Source: Gemmatimonadota bacterium (GTDB taxonomy: Bacteria > Latescibacterota > UBA2968 > UBA8231). Taken from it: 63,965 bases of DNA. Below the pieces are notes generated by a model. That model was given only the letters and a program-made list of their open reading frames with translations. It ran no database searches and was not told where the DNA came from. The stretch lies in the NCBI GenBank assembly GCA_038153405.1, contig JAYOYH010000015.1, positions 38,289 through 102,253 on the forward strand, written 5' to 3'. Positions 27,675 to 37,350 of this stretch are shown piece by piece (position 1 is the first letter of the stretch; each line of letters begins with the position of its first letter). Position numbers and translations under genes: made by a program.

Positions 27675-27842
27675 TTATACCTCGGCTTCGACCGCTTTGC
27701 CCTTCATAGGACAGGCGCTTTTTATCGGACAGTTCTCGGCCGCTTTTTCTTCTGAAGCGACGGCGCTGTAGGCGGCGGGCACAGCCCACTGCAGTCCGAC
27801 GATAAGCGCACCACCAATGAGTACGTATCCCAGCTTCTTCAT
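27675..27842 (-). CDS. small exported or membrane-anchored protein, 55 aa, with two CP motifs
   Basis: AAGGAG RBS; MKKLGYVLIGGALIVGLQWAVPAAYS signal-like segment; CPIKSACPMK. Confidence 0.7.
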   Translation of the reverse strand: MKKLGYVLIGGALIVGLQWAVPAAYSAVASEEKAAENCPIKSACPMKGKAVEAEV

Positions 27843-27907
27843 AATAATTGCTCCTTTTCTATACGTAAAATATATGCAAACGCCGTTGCGCTGTCTACCG
27901 CACCGTC

Positions 27908-30826
27908 TCAGCGCAGCAGGGTGATTTTTTGCACGGCGCGCTGAGTGCCCGATTGCAGGCGCACGAAGTAGAGTCCAGTCGCCACGCCGCGCCCGCTGTC
28001 GTCGCGGCCGTCCCATACAATGCGGTAGGAGCCGCTTGCCAGCAGACCCGATTCCAACGTGCGCACTTTCTGGCCGGCGGCATTGTAAATGACCGCTTCG
28101 ACGATTCCACTCTGTTCGAGCGAAAAGCGAACGGCTACTTCGCTGTTGAATGGGTTGGGATATGCGCTGTCCAGCGCAAAGCGCTGTGCCTTGCGCTGTG
28201 CGACGCGTTTGCCCGCACTGTAGGGTGCCGTGCCGCAGGTAATGGAGAAGTACTTGTTGGGGCCGAGCACGCGTCCACGGCTATTGACTTCCAGCAGGCC
28301 GCGCCCGTTGCGGATTTGTAGACCGGTATCCGTCACCTGGGTTAGCGTGGGTTCGCTCAGAGTCAGACTGGGCATGGCCAACCACTTGACCGCTGCGGTG
28401 CGCCCGTAGAGCCGACAAATGTTGTTGGCGCGGCCTTGCGCGGCGCGTTCGGGAATGTGTCCAGAGATGCCATTTTGATAGGTGATAAAGAGGCGCTCGC
28501 GTCCGTTCTGGGCCAGAAAGGGTCCGTATTCGCCGACTAGGTCCGCTCCGCTGAGCTCGAGTGGCTCGGGGGATGCCGCTTCGCGCACGACCAGCTTGAC
28601 GGTGAGTTCGCCCTGGCCGGCTAGCTCTAGGTGGAGGGCGTCCCGCTCCTCGCGCGTGCTGAGCAACTCGCCGCTAAAAGCGATCTCGGCCACGGTCATG
28701 TCTTCTGCCAGCGGCAAGCGCATCGTGTAGCCGGTGCCGGTGCCGCGCACAAAGCCGGCGATGCGTTCGGCCGATACACGCAGGCTTACATCTACCGTGT
28801 CGCTGGCCGAAAAAAGCGCGCCGTCGTCGCTGGATGTGGCCGTCGAGCACAGGTAGGTCGCGTCCTGCACGACAAAGCGCCGCTCGATGGTAGCGCTCGA
28901 CGCGCTGCTGACCCAGCCAAACGCGCCGTCGCTCAGCAGGCCAGCGATCTCGGCGTTGGGTGCGCCGGCGTCTTTGACCCAGGCAATGTCCAGGCGTTGG
29001 CCAAGCGCGATGCCGGCGCCTTCTGCTCCTTTGGCAGCGAGCGTGGTCAGCACGGGCGCATCGCCGCCTGTGGCAAGCGGATAGAGCACGGCTAGATAGT
29101 GGTCGCGGGCGCCTCGCTGCTGCACGCGCAGGACGGTGTGGGTCAGCTCTTGGCCCGCATCGAATGAGTGCAGCGTGTCTACTTCGCCAAAGGATCGCCC
29201 ATCGCGCGCGGGAAGGAAGGCGAGTAGCTCGCCGCTGTTGCGCGTCCAGCGCGCCAGGTTGTCCTCTCGCGCGTACGCACCGCCGCTGGTGCCGCCGCCG
29301 TTACCGTGCAGTCGCCACTCGTAGTCGCGTTCATCTGTGCTGCTCATTTGGTCGGCGACGAGGAAATACTGCTTGTCGACAAAGAGCATGCGGCGGCGAA
29401 GGTCGACGTTGTTATACGCTGCGCGCACTTCGGCGTAGTCGCCGTTGGCGCCTATGAAGGCGTTTTCTATAAAGGCGTCGTTGCCGCCGCCGATGGCCTC
29501 GCCTAGCGCAGTGAAGAGCGGCGGACCCTGCCCGTCGACCAGCACGAGGTTGTGGTTGGCCCCTCGGTTAACCTTGGCGTGGTTGGTGAAGTCGATATAG
29601 CCGGCGTCCAGGGCGAGCATTTCCCCGGCGGCGTAGAGGATGAAGCTCGTCTCGTCGGGATGTTCATGCGATACGCCGCTTCTGCGGGCAATGCCGTGTT
29701 CGCCGCGCAGTAGCAGATAGGTGCCGTTGGCCGACCAGTCAGAGCGGAACACGGCGTCGCCGCCGCTGGGCATAAAGACGGTTGGCTGGCGCGTTGGCTC
29801 TACGGATTCCACGCGGTCGTCGAATAGGGCAATGGCGTCCATTTCGGAAAATTGCCGCACGTAGAGACCGCGTTCGTTGTTTTCCCAGTCCCAGCGGAAC
29901 TCGCCGCCGTTGTCGGCAATGGACGCTAGATAGTGGCCGTAAAAATCGTCTAGGTGTCCGTCGTCGATATTGGGGCGTCGTCCGTTGGGCAGGCGCAGAT
30001 CGAGCGACCATTGGTGCATCGCGTGCACAGATGTTTCGGCAAATAGGTCGCGTCCTTCGACGCGCCTGAGTGCGATAAAATAGGGCAGGTATACGTCGGC
30101 TGAATAGCGTCCGTAAAATGGCCCTTCGGCATAGGCACCGCTCTCTGGGTCAATTTGCAGGGCGAGGCTGTGCAACACTAGGTCGCGGGCGCGGGCAGAC
30201 CACACCGGTGCATCGCGGTGGTCGCGCATGGCCAGCGCCGCTAAGCCTAGTCCACCGTAGGCGCGTATGTGCCAGTTGTCAAAATGTGGCGTCTCGTGTA
30301 GGCGAATGATCAGTTTGGTCAAACCTAGGTTGAGCTCTTGCAAGACGATGCCCTGTTCAAGACGGGTCGCCTCTTCGGCTAAAATCGCGCGAATCTCTGC
30401 CCACGCCGTCAAATCATTGGCCGCCGCGTAGTCGTGCAGCATATCGTAGGCCATTGCGTAATGAGCGACGAGCTCGCCTTCGTTGTGCGGCTGTCCCATA
30501 TCGCCGCCGCGCGGTGGAAAATGCGTATCGCGCATAATGGATAGGGCCTGCTTTGCCCACGTCTCGTCGTCCGTCATCCAGTAGGCAAAGGCCATGGATT
30601 TAGCTAGGCGTGCCTTGGTGCGCTCCTCGGCTCCGTCCGGCAGGCCGTTTTGCGCACGCCGCAGTACGGTAGACCACCAGGCGTCATACGGGGGACGCTG
30701 GATGCGCTCTTTGAGCAGGGAGACGTCTTCGCGACTGAATAGCAAAGAAGGATGCGCATCGATGGGCAGTTGCGCCTGTGCTAAACCGGAGCAAGCCAGT
30801 AGGAAGGCGACAGTGCGAAAGAACAT
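27908..30826 (-). CDS. secreted heparinase II/III-like (alginate/GAG lyase-type) protein with C-terminal FlgD/Por-like sorting domain
   Basis: Signal peptide MFFRTVAFLLACSGLAQA; HPSLLF; DNW, YAEGPFY, FRSDW, HEHPDETSF, DAGY and HNLVLVDG; C-terminal AYPNPFN...IYN..GQKVRTL...WDGRD..G..VATGLY. Confidence 0.85.
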   Translation of the reverse strand: MFFRTVAFLLACSGLAQAQLPIDAHPSLLFSREDVSLLKERIQRPPYDAWWSTVLRRAQNGLPDGAEERTKARLAKSMAFAYWMTDDETWAKQALSIMRDTHFPPRGGDMGQPHNEGELVAHYAMAYDMLHDYAAANDLTAWAEIRAILAEEATRLEQGIVLQELNLGLTKLIIRLHETPHFDNWHIRAYGGLGLAALAMRDHRDAPVWSARARDLVLHSLALQIDPESGAYAEGPFYGRYSADVYLPYFIALRRVEGRDLFAETSVHAMHQWSLDLRLPNGRRPNIDDGHLDDFYGHYLASIADNGGEFRWDWENNERGLYVRQFSEMDAIALFDDRVESVEPTRQPTVFMPSGGDAVFRSDWSANGTYLLLRGEHGIARRSGVSHEHPDETSFILYAAGEMLALDAGYIDFTNHAKVNRGANHNLVLVDGQGPPLFTALGEAIGGGNDAFIENAFIGANGDYAEVRAAYNNVDLRRRMLFVDKQYFLVADQMSSTDERDYEWRLHGNGGGTSGGAYAREDNLARWTRNSGELLAFLPARDGRSFGEVDTLHSFDAGQELTHTVLRVQQRGARDHYLAVLYPLATGGDAPVLTTLAAKGAEGAGIALGQRLDIAWVKDAGAPNAEIAGLLSDGAFGWVSSASSATIERRFVVQDATYLCSTATSSDDGALFSASDTVDVSLRVSAERIAGFVRGTGTGYTMRLPLAEDMTVAEIAFSGELLSTREERDALHLELAGQGELTVKLVVREAASPEPLELSGADLVGEYGPFLAQNGRERLFITYQNGISGHIPERAAQGRANNICRLYGRTAAVKWLAMPSLTLSEPTLTQVTDTGLQIRNGRGLLEVNSRGRVLGPNKYFSITCGTAPYSAGKRVAQRKAQRFALDSAYPNPFNSEVAVRFSLEQSGIVEAVIYNAAGQKVRTLESGLLASGSYRIVWDGRDDSGRGVATGLYFVRLQSGTQRAVQKITLLR

Positions 30827-30923
30827 GCGGAATTCCTTTTTGCGTTGATGGGCGGTGCGATCTGTGTGGTCTACGGCGATGGGGCCTGTACAAGAGGACG
30901 CGTCAACTGACGCGATGGGTCCG

Positions 30924-31568
30924 TTAAAAGAGCCGGCGCAGATCGTAGCCCCAGAGCAGGCCAAAGCCCACAAAGCCCCGGCCAATCAACAGCTGTACGC
31001 CACCGCTGCTCTGGCGCGGGCGCTCGAAAAAAAAGCCAATGCTGCCGTAGGCGCTCCGGGGCGATTTCCAGCGCCAGCCAGCGCCGGCAAATACCTGGCC
31101 TTGGTGTTCGGACAGCCATACGTCGCGCAGGACGACGTAGTTGAGCTCGGCGCTGGCCGAGCCGAGCAGGTCGGTTCCGCCCGAACAGCGATAGTTGGAC
31201 ACGTAATAGTTCGTTTGCGTATCGTAGCAGTTGGAGGGGGCGTAGGCGGAGAAACTGCGCGCGTAGCGCGCGTCCCGATTGTCGCCTTCGAGAAAGCTCA
31301 GGTCGAGCAGCGTAGCGCGCGCGATGAGGCGCTGTCTGTTAAAGGCTGCGACGAAGCCGAGCGGTGCGCGCACGCCGGGGCCGCGCTGGTCGATATTGAT
31401 AAAGCCAATGCCGAGCGAGGCGTAGAGGGAACGGCTGGGAGCCGGTAGCGGCTGCAGCGCTTCATCTGCTTCCTGTGCGCAAAGAGCCGTGCTGCTCAGT
31501 GCGACGACGAGTGCGGCGAGCAACCTGATCCAGCTCTGGCTGTGCCGACTATGCCAAGCGCGCCTCAC
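30924..31568 (-). CDS. exported protein, probable small outer-membrane beta-barrel
   Basis: Signal peptide, amphipathic Gly/aromatic strands, C-terminal WGYDLRRLF; GTGA overlap with the upstream stop. Confidence 0.65.
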   Translation of the reverse strand: MRRAWHSRHSQSWIRLLAALVVALSSTALCAQEADEALQPLPAPSRSLYASLGIGFINIDQRGPGVRAPLGFVAAFNRQRLIARATLLDLSFLEGDNRDARYARSFSAYAPSNCYDTQTNYYVSNYRCSGGTDLLGSASAELNYVVLRDVWLSEHQGQVFAGAGWRWKSPRSAYGSIGFFFERPRQSSGGVQLLIGRGFVGFGLLWGYDLRRLF

Positions 31569-32794
31569 GCACTACCGACTATGGCTTCGACCTGCTGCAC
31601 GATTTGCTCTTTCTGGGCCATCAATATTTCAATGCCTTTGGGAAAGCTGCGCTTGGCGTATACGTCTATAGGAGGTATGAGGTCGTCGCCGGCAAAGCCA
31701 ATTTTCATTGAGCGCACCGCGATATCGCATACGTGGACCGTGGCCGACAGCTGGCGATGTTGTGGATTTTGCGAAGGGCTGTGATGAGACATAATGGCCG
31801 TCCGCACTTCGGGTGGCAAATCCCAGTGCGTAGCCAGCGCACCGCCGCATTCGGCGTGGCTAATCCCCAGTAACTCCCGCTCGGCTTGCAGCATAGATAC
31901 GCCGTCAGCCTCTACCATGTCCGTGATGGCGCTAAAATGCTCGGGAAAACGCGTTTTGAAGATCGCCTTGCCTAGGTCGTGCAGCGTGCCGAGTAGAAAG
32001 TTGGTCTTGTTCTTGTCGGATTTTCCGAGCATTTCCATAGCCAGCCCAACGGCGATCGAATGCTTCCACAGATTCCTCATGCTCAGGCGCGCGTCGTCGC
32101 CCTCTTCTTGGTCAAAGACGTTATAGATGACAGCTGACTGCACGATGCGGCGAATTTCCTCTACGCCGAGAAAGGCCAGCGCCTGCTTCATCATATTGCC
32201 CTGAAAGCCAAAGTAGGCCGATTTGCACGTGCGCATTACGCGCGCTGAGAGGCCGGGGTCCATTTCGAGCGTGCGCGCGACCTCGCTCAGGTTGACTTCG
32301 GTATTGGGCCTGTTGAGCAGGGTCAATAAACGGTTGTAGACCTCGGGCATAACGGGTAGATCGGTGAGCGCGCGGATCTCGTTGCGGATCTCCATGGCGG
32401 TCGGCTGCTTGTTCGGCTCATCCGACTCGAGCGCTTCGCGGAGCTTTTCCAACAGGATCGTCATGCTAAAGGGCTTTGTGAGGAAGTGACTCAAACCGCT
32501 GGTCTGGGCGTTATTGATCGCCTCCAGTGCTTTTTCCTCTCGGTCGGATAGGCTCAGTACAATGGGAAGTTGTTGGTATTTGGGATGCAGTCGCAACAGG
32601 CGCGCGGTTTTTATGCCGCCCATGACGATCTCGTTGTCGATCAGGACCAGATCGGCCATTTCCTTGCGCAGGGCAATGGCCGCTTCGGCTCCGTGTCGCA
32701 CATCTCGAGCCTCAAACCCATTTTCCCTTAACTGGTTGTTGATCAGTTCGCCGATGCGTGCATTGCGCTCGACGATGAGTATTTTTGCCCCCAT
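31565..32794 (-). CDS. response regulator receiver + HDOD domain protein
   Basis: REC motifs KILIVE, DLVLID and FLTKPF; HDOD motifs LPVMP, DPGLSARV, LWKHS, LHDLGK and HAECG..LA.HW.LP. Confidence 0.92.
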   Translation of the reverse strand: MGAKILIVERNARIGELINNQLRENGFEARDVRHGAEAAIALRKEMADLVLIDNEIVMGGIKTARLLRLHPKYQQLPIVLSLSDREEKALEAINNAQTSGLSHFLTKPFSMTILLEKLREALESDEPNKQPTAMEIRNEIRALTDLPVMPEVYNRLLTLLNRPNTEVNLSEVARTLEMDPGLSARVMRTCKSAYFGFQGNMMKQALAFLGVEEIRRIVQSAVIYNVFDQEEGDDARLSMRNLWKHSIAVGLAMEMLGKSDKNKTNFLLGTLHDLGKAIFKTRFPEHFSAITDMVEADGVSMLQAERELLGISHAECGGALATHWDLPPEVRTAIMSHHSPSQNPQHRQLSATVHVCDIAVRSMKIGFAGDDLIPPIDVYAKRSFPKGIEILMAQKEQIVQQVEAIVGSA

Positions 32795-32938
32795 GCGTTC
32801 ACCGGGATAAGAAAGTTGTGACGGAAGTTTAAAAAAAAGAATTTATTGCATAAATTACAAAAGCAAAGAGATCTTTATTACATGCAGCGGTCGGGGGCTC
32901 TGTTCCCGGCATGGCCATTTTTGCCTGGGATGAGGGAT

Positions 32939-34186
32939 ATGCAATATAGCGTGGCGTCGCGGCGGTCGCAAAGCGAATCCAAGCTACAGTCGGCCCTCGA
33001 CGCTGTGCTACAGCACTCGCTGAAGAGTGTTTCACTGGGCGTGGGTATCTTATATGCCCTGCTCGCCCTGGGACACTACTGGGTTTTGCCGTCAGCGGCC
33101 AGCGAGATTATGACGCCTGTAGCCGGCGTTACTTCGGCAGTGTTCTTTGTGCTGCGTTGGTCGCTGAGAAGCTGGGAGCCGCCCGTGCGCTGGGCCCATC
33201 CGCTGGGCCTGGCTATCGTTATGGTGTGTTTGGGCAATAGCCTGCTCCACCTATACGTCCTCGACGACCCGGGTCAAACGACCAACCAGATGCTCATCGT
33301 CATTGGGGCGTCCTACCTATTTTTGTCTCTGTACTACGTCCTGTCGACTATTGCGTCCGTATGGGTTGGATGGGCTGTCATAGCCAGTTATGCGTCGCCA
33401 GATGTCGAGTGGCAGCACTATGGTTTTGCCCTGCTATCGACGACGATAATAGGCCTCATAATGCATGTTGTGCGCACGCGTACCCTGCGTCGTCTAGAGC
33501 AGCTTCGCATGCAGAACGAACGCCACAAGGACGAGCTGGAGCAGCGCGTGGTCGAGCGCACGAAACAGCTGCAGGGCTCTCTTGACGAACAACACGTACT
33601 GCTGCGCGAAGTGCACCACCGCGTCAAGAACAACCTGCAAGTCGTGTGCAGTCTGCTGGACTTAGAGTTGCGCGCCGAACCCGATGCCGCCGTGTCGACG
33701 ATTCTCGTGGAAAGCCGAGGTCGCATTTTGACGATGGCGCTGGTGCATGAAAATCTCTACCAGGCCGACGAACTGAGCCATATCGATATGAACATCTACT
33801 TTCGCCATATGGTCGCCGATGTCTTCAACGCCCACGGCGAGTGGCCGCAGGAGGTGTCGCTGCAGATCGACGCCGACGCCGTGCAGTTAGATATTGATCG
33901 GGCCGTTCCCTGCGGTCTAGTCGTGCACGAACTGGTGGCCAACGCGCTGCGCCACGGCTTTCCCGACGATCGCAAGGGCCATCTGCGGATCGCACTCCGC
34001 GCGAGTGGCGATCAAGTTACGCTTGAGGTGAACGACGACGGAGTGGGGCTGCCCGCATCATTTGACCTGAGGCGCTGTTCGTCGCTGGGCATGCAACTCG
34101 TTCGCGTACTGAGCCGGCAGCTGCGGGGAGAACCCATTCTGAACAGTGAGGGAGGCACTCAGTTTGCGCTCACCTTCCCGCGATAA
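32939..34186 (+). CDS. membrane sensor histidine kinase (HisKA_2/HWE type)
   Basis: About six TM helices; LLREVHHRVKNNLQ H-box; ELVANAL.HGF; DDGVG; SLGMQLV. Start codon uncertain. Confidence 0.92.
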   Translation: MQYSVASRRSQSESKLQSALDAVLQHSLKSVSLGVGILYALLALGHYWVLPSAASEIMTPVAGVTSAVFFVLRWSLRSWEPPVRWAHPLGLAIVMVCLGNSLLHLYVLDDPGQTTNQMLIVIGASYLFLSLYYVLSTIASVWVGWAVIASYASPDVEWQHYGFALLSTTIIGLIMHVVRTRTLRRLEQLRMQNERHKDELEQRVVERTKQLQGSLDEQHVLLREVHHRVKNNLQVVCSLLDLELRAEPDAAVSTILVESRGRILTMALVHENLYQADELSHIDMNIYFRHMVADVFNAHGEWPQEVSLQIDADAVQLDIDRAVPCGLVVHELVANALRHGFPDDRKGHLRIALRASGDQVTLEVNDDGVGLPASFDLRRCSSLGMQLVRVLSRQLRGEPILNSEGGTQFALTFPR

Positions 34187-34199
34187 GTCGGCCGCCTAC

Positions 34200-35042
34200 A
34201 TGCTGAGGCCGGCGCGAATTGGTGTGCTATACCTGTGCTGGTTGTGGGCGCTGTGCGCGTCGAGCGCCTGCTCCGATGCGGCGACTACCGAGCAAAAAGA
34301 GGTGCAGCCTATGGAGCCGCAGCCCGTCGCCGAACCGGCGCTCTACGGCTACGAGATCGTCAACGCTTATCCACACGACCCGGCCGCCTTTACTCAGGGC
34401 CTCGTCTATTTGGAGGGTTTTCTCTACGAGGGCACGGGCCTCAACGGGCGCTCTTCCCTGCGCAAAGTCGAGCTGGAAACGGGACAGATCCTGCAGCAGC
34501 GCGATCTGGATACGCGCTTTTTTGGCGAGGGGATTGCCATTTTCAACAATCGCGTGCTGCAAATTACCTGGCAGTCGCAGACGGCCTTTGTCTACGACCT
34601 AGATACCTTTGAGCTGCGCACGCAGTTTAGCTATGCGACGGAGGGGTGGGGGCTAACGCACGACGGCGAGCGCCTGATTATGAGCGACGGCACGTCGACG
34701 CTCTATTTTCGCGACCCGTTTACCTTTGCAGAAACGGGGCGTGTGGCAGTGCGCCAGGGCGACGGCCCAGTTGCCAACCTCAACGAACTCGAGTATATCG
34801 ACGGGCAGGTATTTGCCAATATTTGGCAGACCGATCGCATCGTGCGCATCGATCCAAACAGCGGCCAGGTAACGGGTATAATAGACCTGAGCGGCTTGCT
34901 CAGTCAGGCCGATCGCGGCGGACGGCGCGTCGACGTCCTCAACGGCATTGCTTACGACGCGCGGGGCGACCGCCTCTTTGTCACCGGCAAATGGTGGCCC
35001 AAACTATACGAAGTCAAACTTGTACCATACCAAGACCAATGA
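34200..35042 (+). CDS. glutaminyl-peptide cyclotransferase (type I QC), probable lipoprotein
   Basis: PHDP.AFTQGL, FGEGI, EGWGLT, LNELE and VLNGIAY motifs; ASSAC lipobox-like sequence. Confidence 0.93.
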   Translation: MLRPARIGVLYLCWLWALCASSACSDAATTEQKEVQPMEPQPVAEPALYGYEIVNAYPHDPAAFTQGLVYLEGFLYEGTGLNGRSSLRKVELETGQILQQRDLDTRFFGEGIAIFNNRVLQITWQSQTAFVYDLDTFELRTQFSYATEGWGLTHDGERLIMSDGTSTLYFRDPFTFAETGRVAVRQGDGPVANLNELEYIDGQVFANIWQTDRIVRIDPNSGQVTGIIDLSGLLSQADRGGRRVDVLNGIAYDARGDRLFVTGKWWPKLYEVKLVPYQDQ

Positions 35043-35050
35043 GGTAAGAA

Positions 35051-35569
35051 ATGTCTGAAGAACAGCGCATTGCCGTGCGCATTGCCGTGCTAACGGTGTC
35101 CGATACGCGGGACGAGAGCAGCGATAAATCGGGTAATTTGCTGGTTGGGCGCCTGCAGGGACAGGGGCACATTCTGCACGAAAAATGTATTTTGCCGGAC
35201 GATATCTACCAGGTGCGTGCCAAGGTCGCGCAGTGGATTGCCGATCCACAGGTGCAGGCCGTCGTCAGCACGGGCGGCACCGGTCTGACGGGACGCGATG
35301 GCACCCCCGAGGCCGTCGCGCCGCTCTTCGACAAGAAAATCGAGGGGTTTGGCGAGGTCTTTCGCATGATTTCCTTCGAGGAAATTGGCACGGCGACGAT
35401 GCAGTCGCGCTGCATTGCCGGCGTGAGCAATGGCACCTATGTATTTTGCCTGCCCGGCTCGTCGGGTGCCTGCGCAACGGGCTGGGACAAGCTCATCGGT
35501 CCGCAGCTCGACTCGACGAACCAGCCGTGTAACCTGGCCGACTTGATGCCAAGGCTCACGGAAGTATAG
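35051..35569 (+). CDS. moaB: molybdenum cofactor biosynthesis protein B
   Basis: AVLTVSDTR, DKSG, TGGTGLTGRDGTPEA, QSR, LPGS and PCN motifs. Confidence 0.95.
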   Translation: MSEEQRIAVRIAVLTVSDTRDESSDKSGNLLVGRLQGQGHILHEKCILPDDIYQVRAKVAQWIADPQVQAVVSTGGTGLTGRDGTPEAVAPLFDKKIEGFGEVFRMISFEEIGTATMQSRCIAGVSNGTYVFCLPGSSGACATGWDKLIGPQLDSTNQPCNLADLMPRLTEV

Positions 35570-35640
35570 TCACACTATTGGCTATCGGGCGTTCGGCGCA
35601 GCGCGTCGAGCGCCCGCGCCGTGTTGCGGCTGAGGAATGC

Positions 35641-36117
35641 GTGATCCGCTCCTATCGCACCGATGACCTAGAAACGCTAGCCGATATAGGCAACCGCGCT
35701 TGGCGCAGCATTTACCGGATGTTTCGTCAGACCTACGGCGACGAGCTCTTTTCTCTGCTGGTAGCCGACGAATGGACGAGCAAGGGAGAGCAAATTCGCG
35801 CCCACTGTGCGCGCTATCCCGAATGGGTTTTCGTCTGCGAAGAGGGCGATCGCATCGTCGGCTTTGCCACCTTCCGCCTCGACCCGGTCAAGAGCATAGG
35901 CGAGATCGGCAACAACGCCGTCGACCCCGAATGCGGCTTGAAGGGCGTCGGCCAACAGCTCTACGCGGCGGTGTTAGCCCATTTCAGGGAACAGGGCATG
36001 CGCTACGCCAAGGTGCAGACCGGCTGTGACGAGGCGCACGCCCCGGCGCGTCGGGCCTACGAACGCGCTGGCTTCGATATTCACCACGAAGACGTCACCT
36101 ACTTCAAAAAGCTCTAA
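35641..36117 (+). CDS. GNAT family N-acetyltransferase
   Basis: IVGF, NAVDP..G.KGVG and ARRAYERAGF; GAGGA RBS before GTG 35641. Confidence 0.88.
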   Translation: MIRSYRTDDLETLADIGNRAWRSIYRMFRQTYGDELFSLLVADEWTSKGEQIRAHCARYPEWVFVCEEGDRIVGFATFRLDPVKSIGEIGNNAVDPECGLKGVGQQLYAAVLAHFREQGMRYAKVQTGCDEAHAPARRAYERAGFDIHHEDVTYFKKL

Positions 36118-36121
36118 TCGC

Positions 36122-37210
36122 CTAGCGCAGGGTGAACGAGTCGACGGCGTAGCGCGCCACTGCGTCGCCGTCCAATTCGACGCCTAAGCCCGGTCCGTCG
36201 GGCACGCGCACGCGGCCTTCTTCGATAATGAGCGGCTCGGCGATCAGGTCGTCGGCCCACAGGTGGTGCAGTATGTCGCTCGACAGCGTGCAGCCGGGTG
36301 CGGCGGCACAGGCGTGCACGTAGGCCGCATCGCGGATGCCCAGCTCCTGCGCCGAGCCGTGCCAGCTGGGAATGCCCGCTGCGTCGGCCAAGTCGGCCAT
36401 GCGCACAAAGAGCGGCAGCGAGCCGCAGCCGGCGTTGATGGCCTGCGCCGCGTCGACGCGCACGGCGCCCAGCACCTGTTCGAGCGTGAGGGCGTGGTAG
36501 GCCAGCGGCAGTTTGATGCGCTGGCGCAGGTCGGCAAAGGGTGCCGGGTCGGCGCGCGGGTAGGGATCTTCGAGGCGCGCCACGCCCAGCTCGTACAGCT
36601 GAGCACAGAGATCCTCCAGATCGTCGCGCATGCGAAAGCCGCCGTTGGCGTCTAGCTCCAGTTCGAATTCGCTGCCCACGGCGTCGCGAATGGCGCGCAC
36701 GCGCGCAACCGACTCTTGATCGGGCGCGTCCTTACCGCATTTGATTTTTATCCCCGTAAAACCTTTCGCCTTGCCTTCGAGAGCGATATCTGCGCTCTCT
36801 TCCGGCGTGCGCTTGCCCATCCAGTAGTGCGCGCCTACCCACTGGCGATAGGGACCGCCGAGCAGTTGGCAGACGGCTAGCCCACTCGCCTTGCCGACGA
36901 TATCGTAGAGGGCTATTTCGCCGACGTCGTAGGCGATGCCGGGTTCGACGGGTAGCAGGCGCAGGTTGAGCGCGAGCGGATTGAGGCCAATAAGCGGCTG
37001 TAGCGCCTGGCGCACGAGTGCTGGATCGATGCCTCGATGCGATTCGCCGAGTCCGATGATGCCCGCATCTGTATGCACTTGAGCGATGTACTTAGGCCGG
37101 GTATCGGCATCGAGTTGCTCTTGCAGCGAGCGATCTTTTTCGACTCGGTAGAGCGCCGTCGGCGTGGGCGGCACGGCGCAGGCATGGACGTCGATATGGG
37201 TGATTTTCAC
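36122..37210 (-). CDS. mandelate racemase/muconate lactonizing enzyme (enolase superfamily)
   Basis: T..GIIGLGE, ALYDIVGK, KIK, LDANG, LEDP and P.GPGLGVELD; GGAGG RBS before GTG 37210. Confidence 0.9.
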   Translation of the reverse strand: MKITHIDVHACAVPPTPTALYRVEKDRSLQEQLDADTRPKYIAQVHTDAGIIGLGESHRGIDPALVRQALQPLIGLNPLALNLRLLPVEPGIAYDVGEIALYDIVGKASGLAVCQLLGGPYRQWVGAHYWMGKRTPEESADIALEGKAKGFTGIKIKCGKDAPDQESVARVRAIRDAVGSEFELELDANGGFRMRDDLEDLCAQLYELGVARLEDPYPRADPAPFADLRQRIKLPLAYHALTLEQVLGAVRVDAAQAINAGCGSLPLFVRMADLADAAGIPSWHGSAQELGIRDAAYVHACAAAPGCTLSSDILHHLWADDLIAEPLIIEEGRVRVPDGPGLGVELDGDAVARYAVDSFTLR

Positions 37211-37350
37211 GGTGGACCTCCTCGCGGTAGCAAAAGGAAAGCAAATGGGCGTGGCGAGGGCAAGTGGGCATTGGTTGCGCGCCGGTATTGTCCTATTATT
37301 CTGCTCAGATGAGACGGTGCGCGGCGTACTGCGTAGAAAGGTGGAACAAA

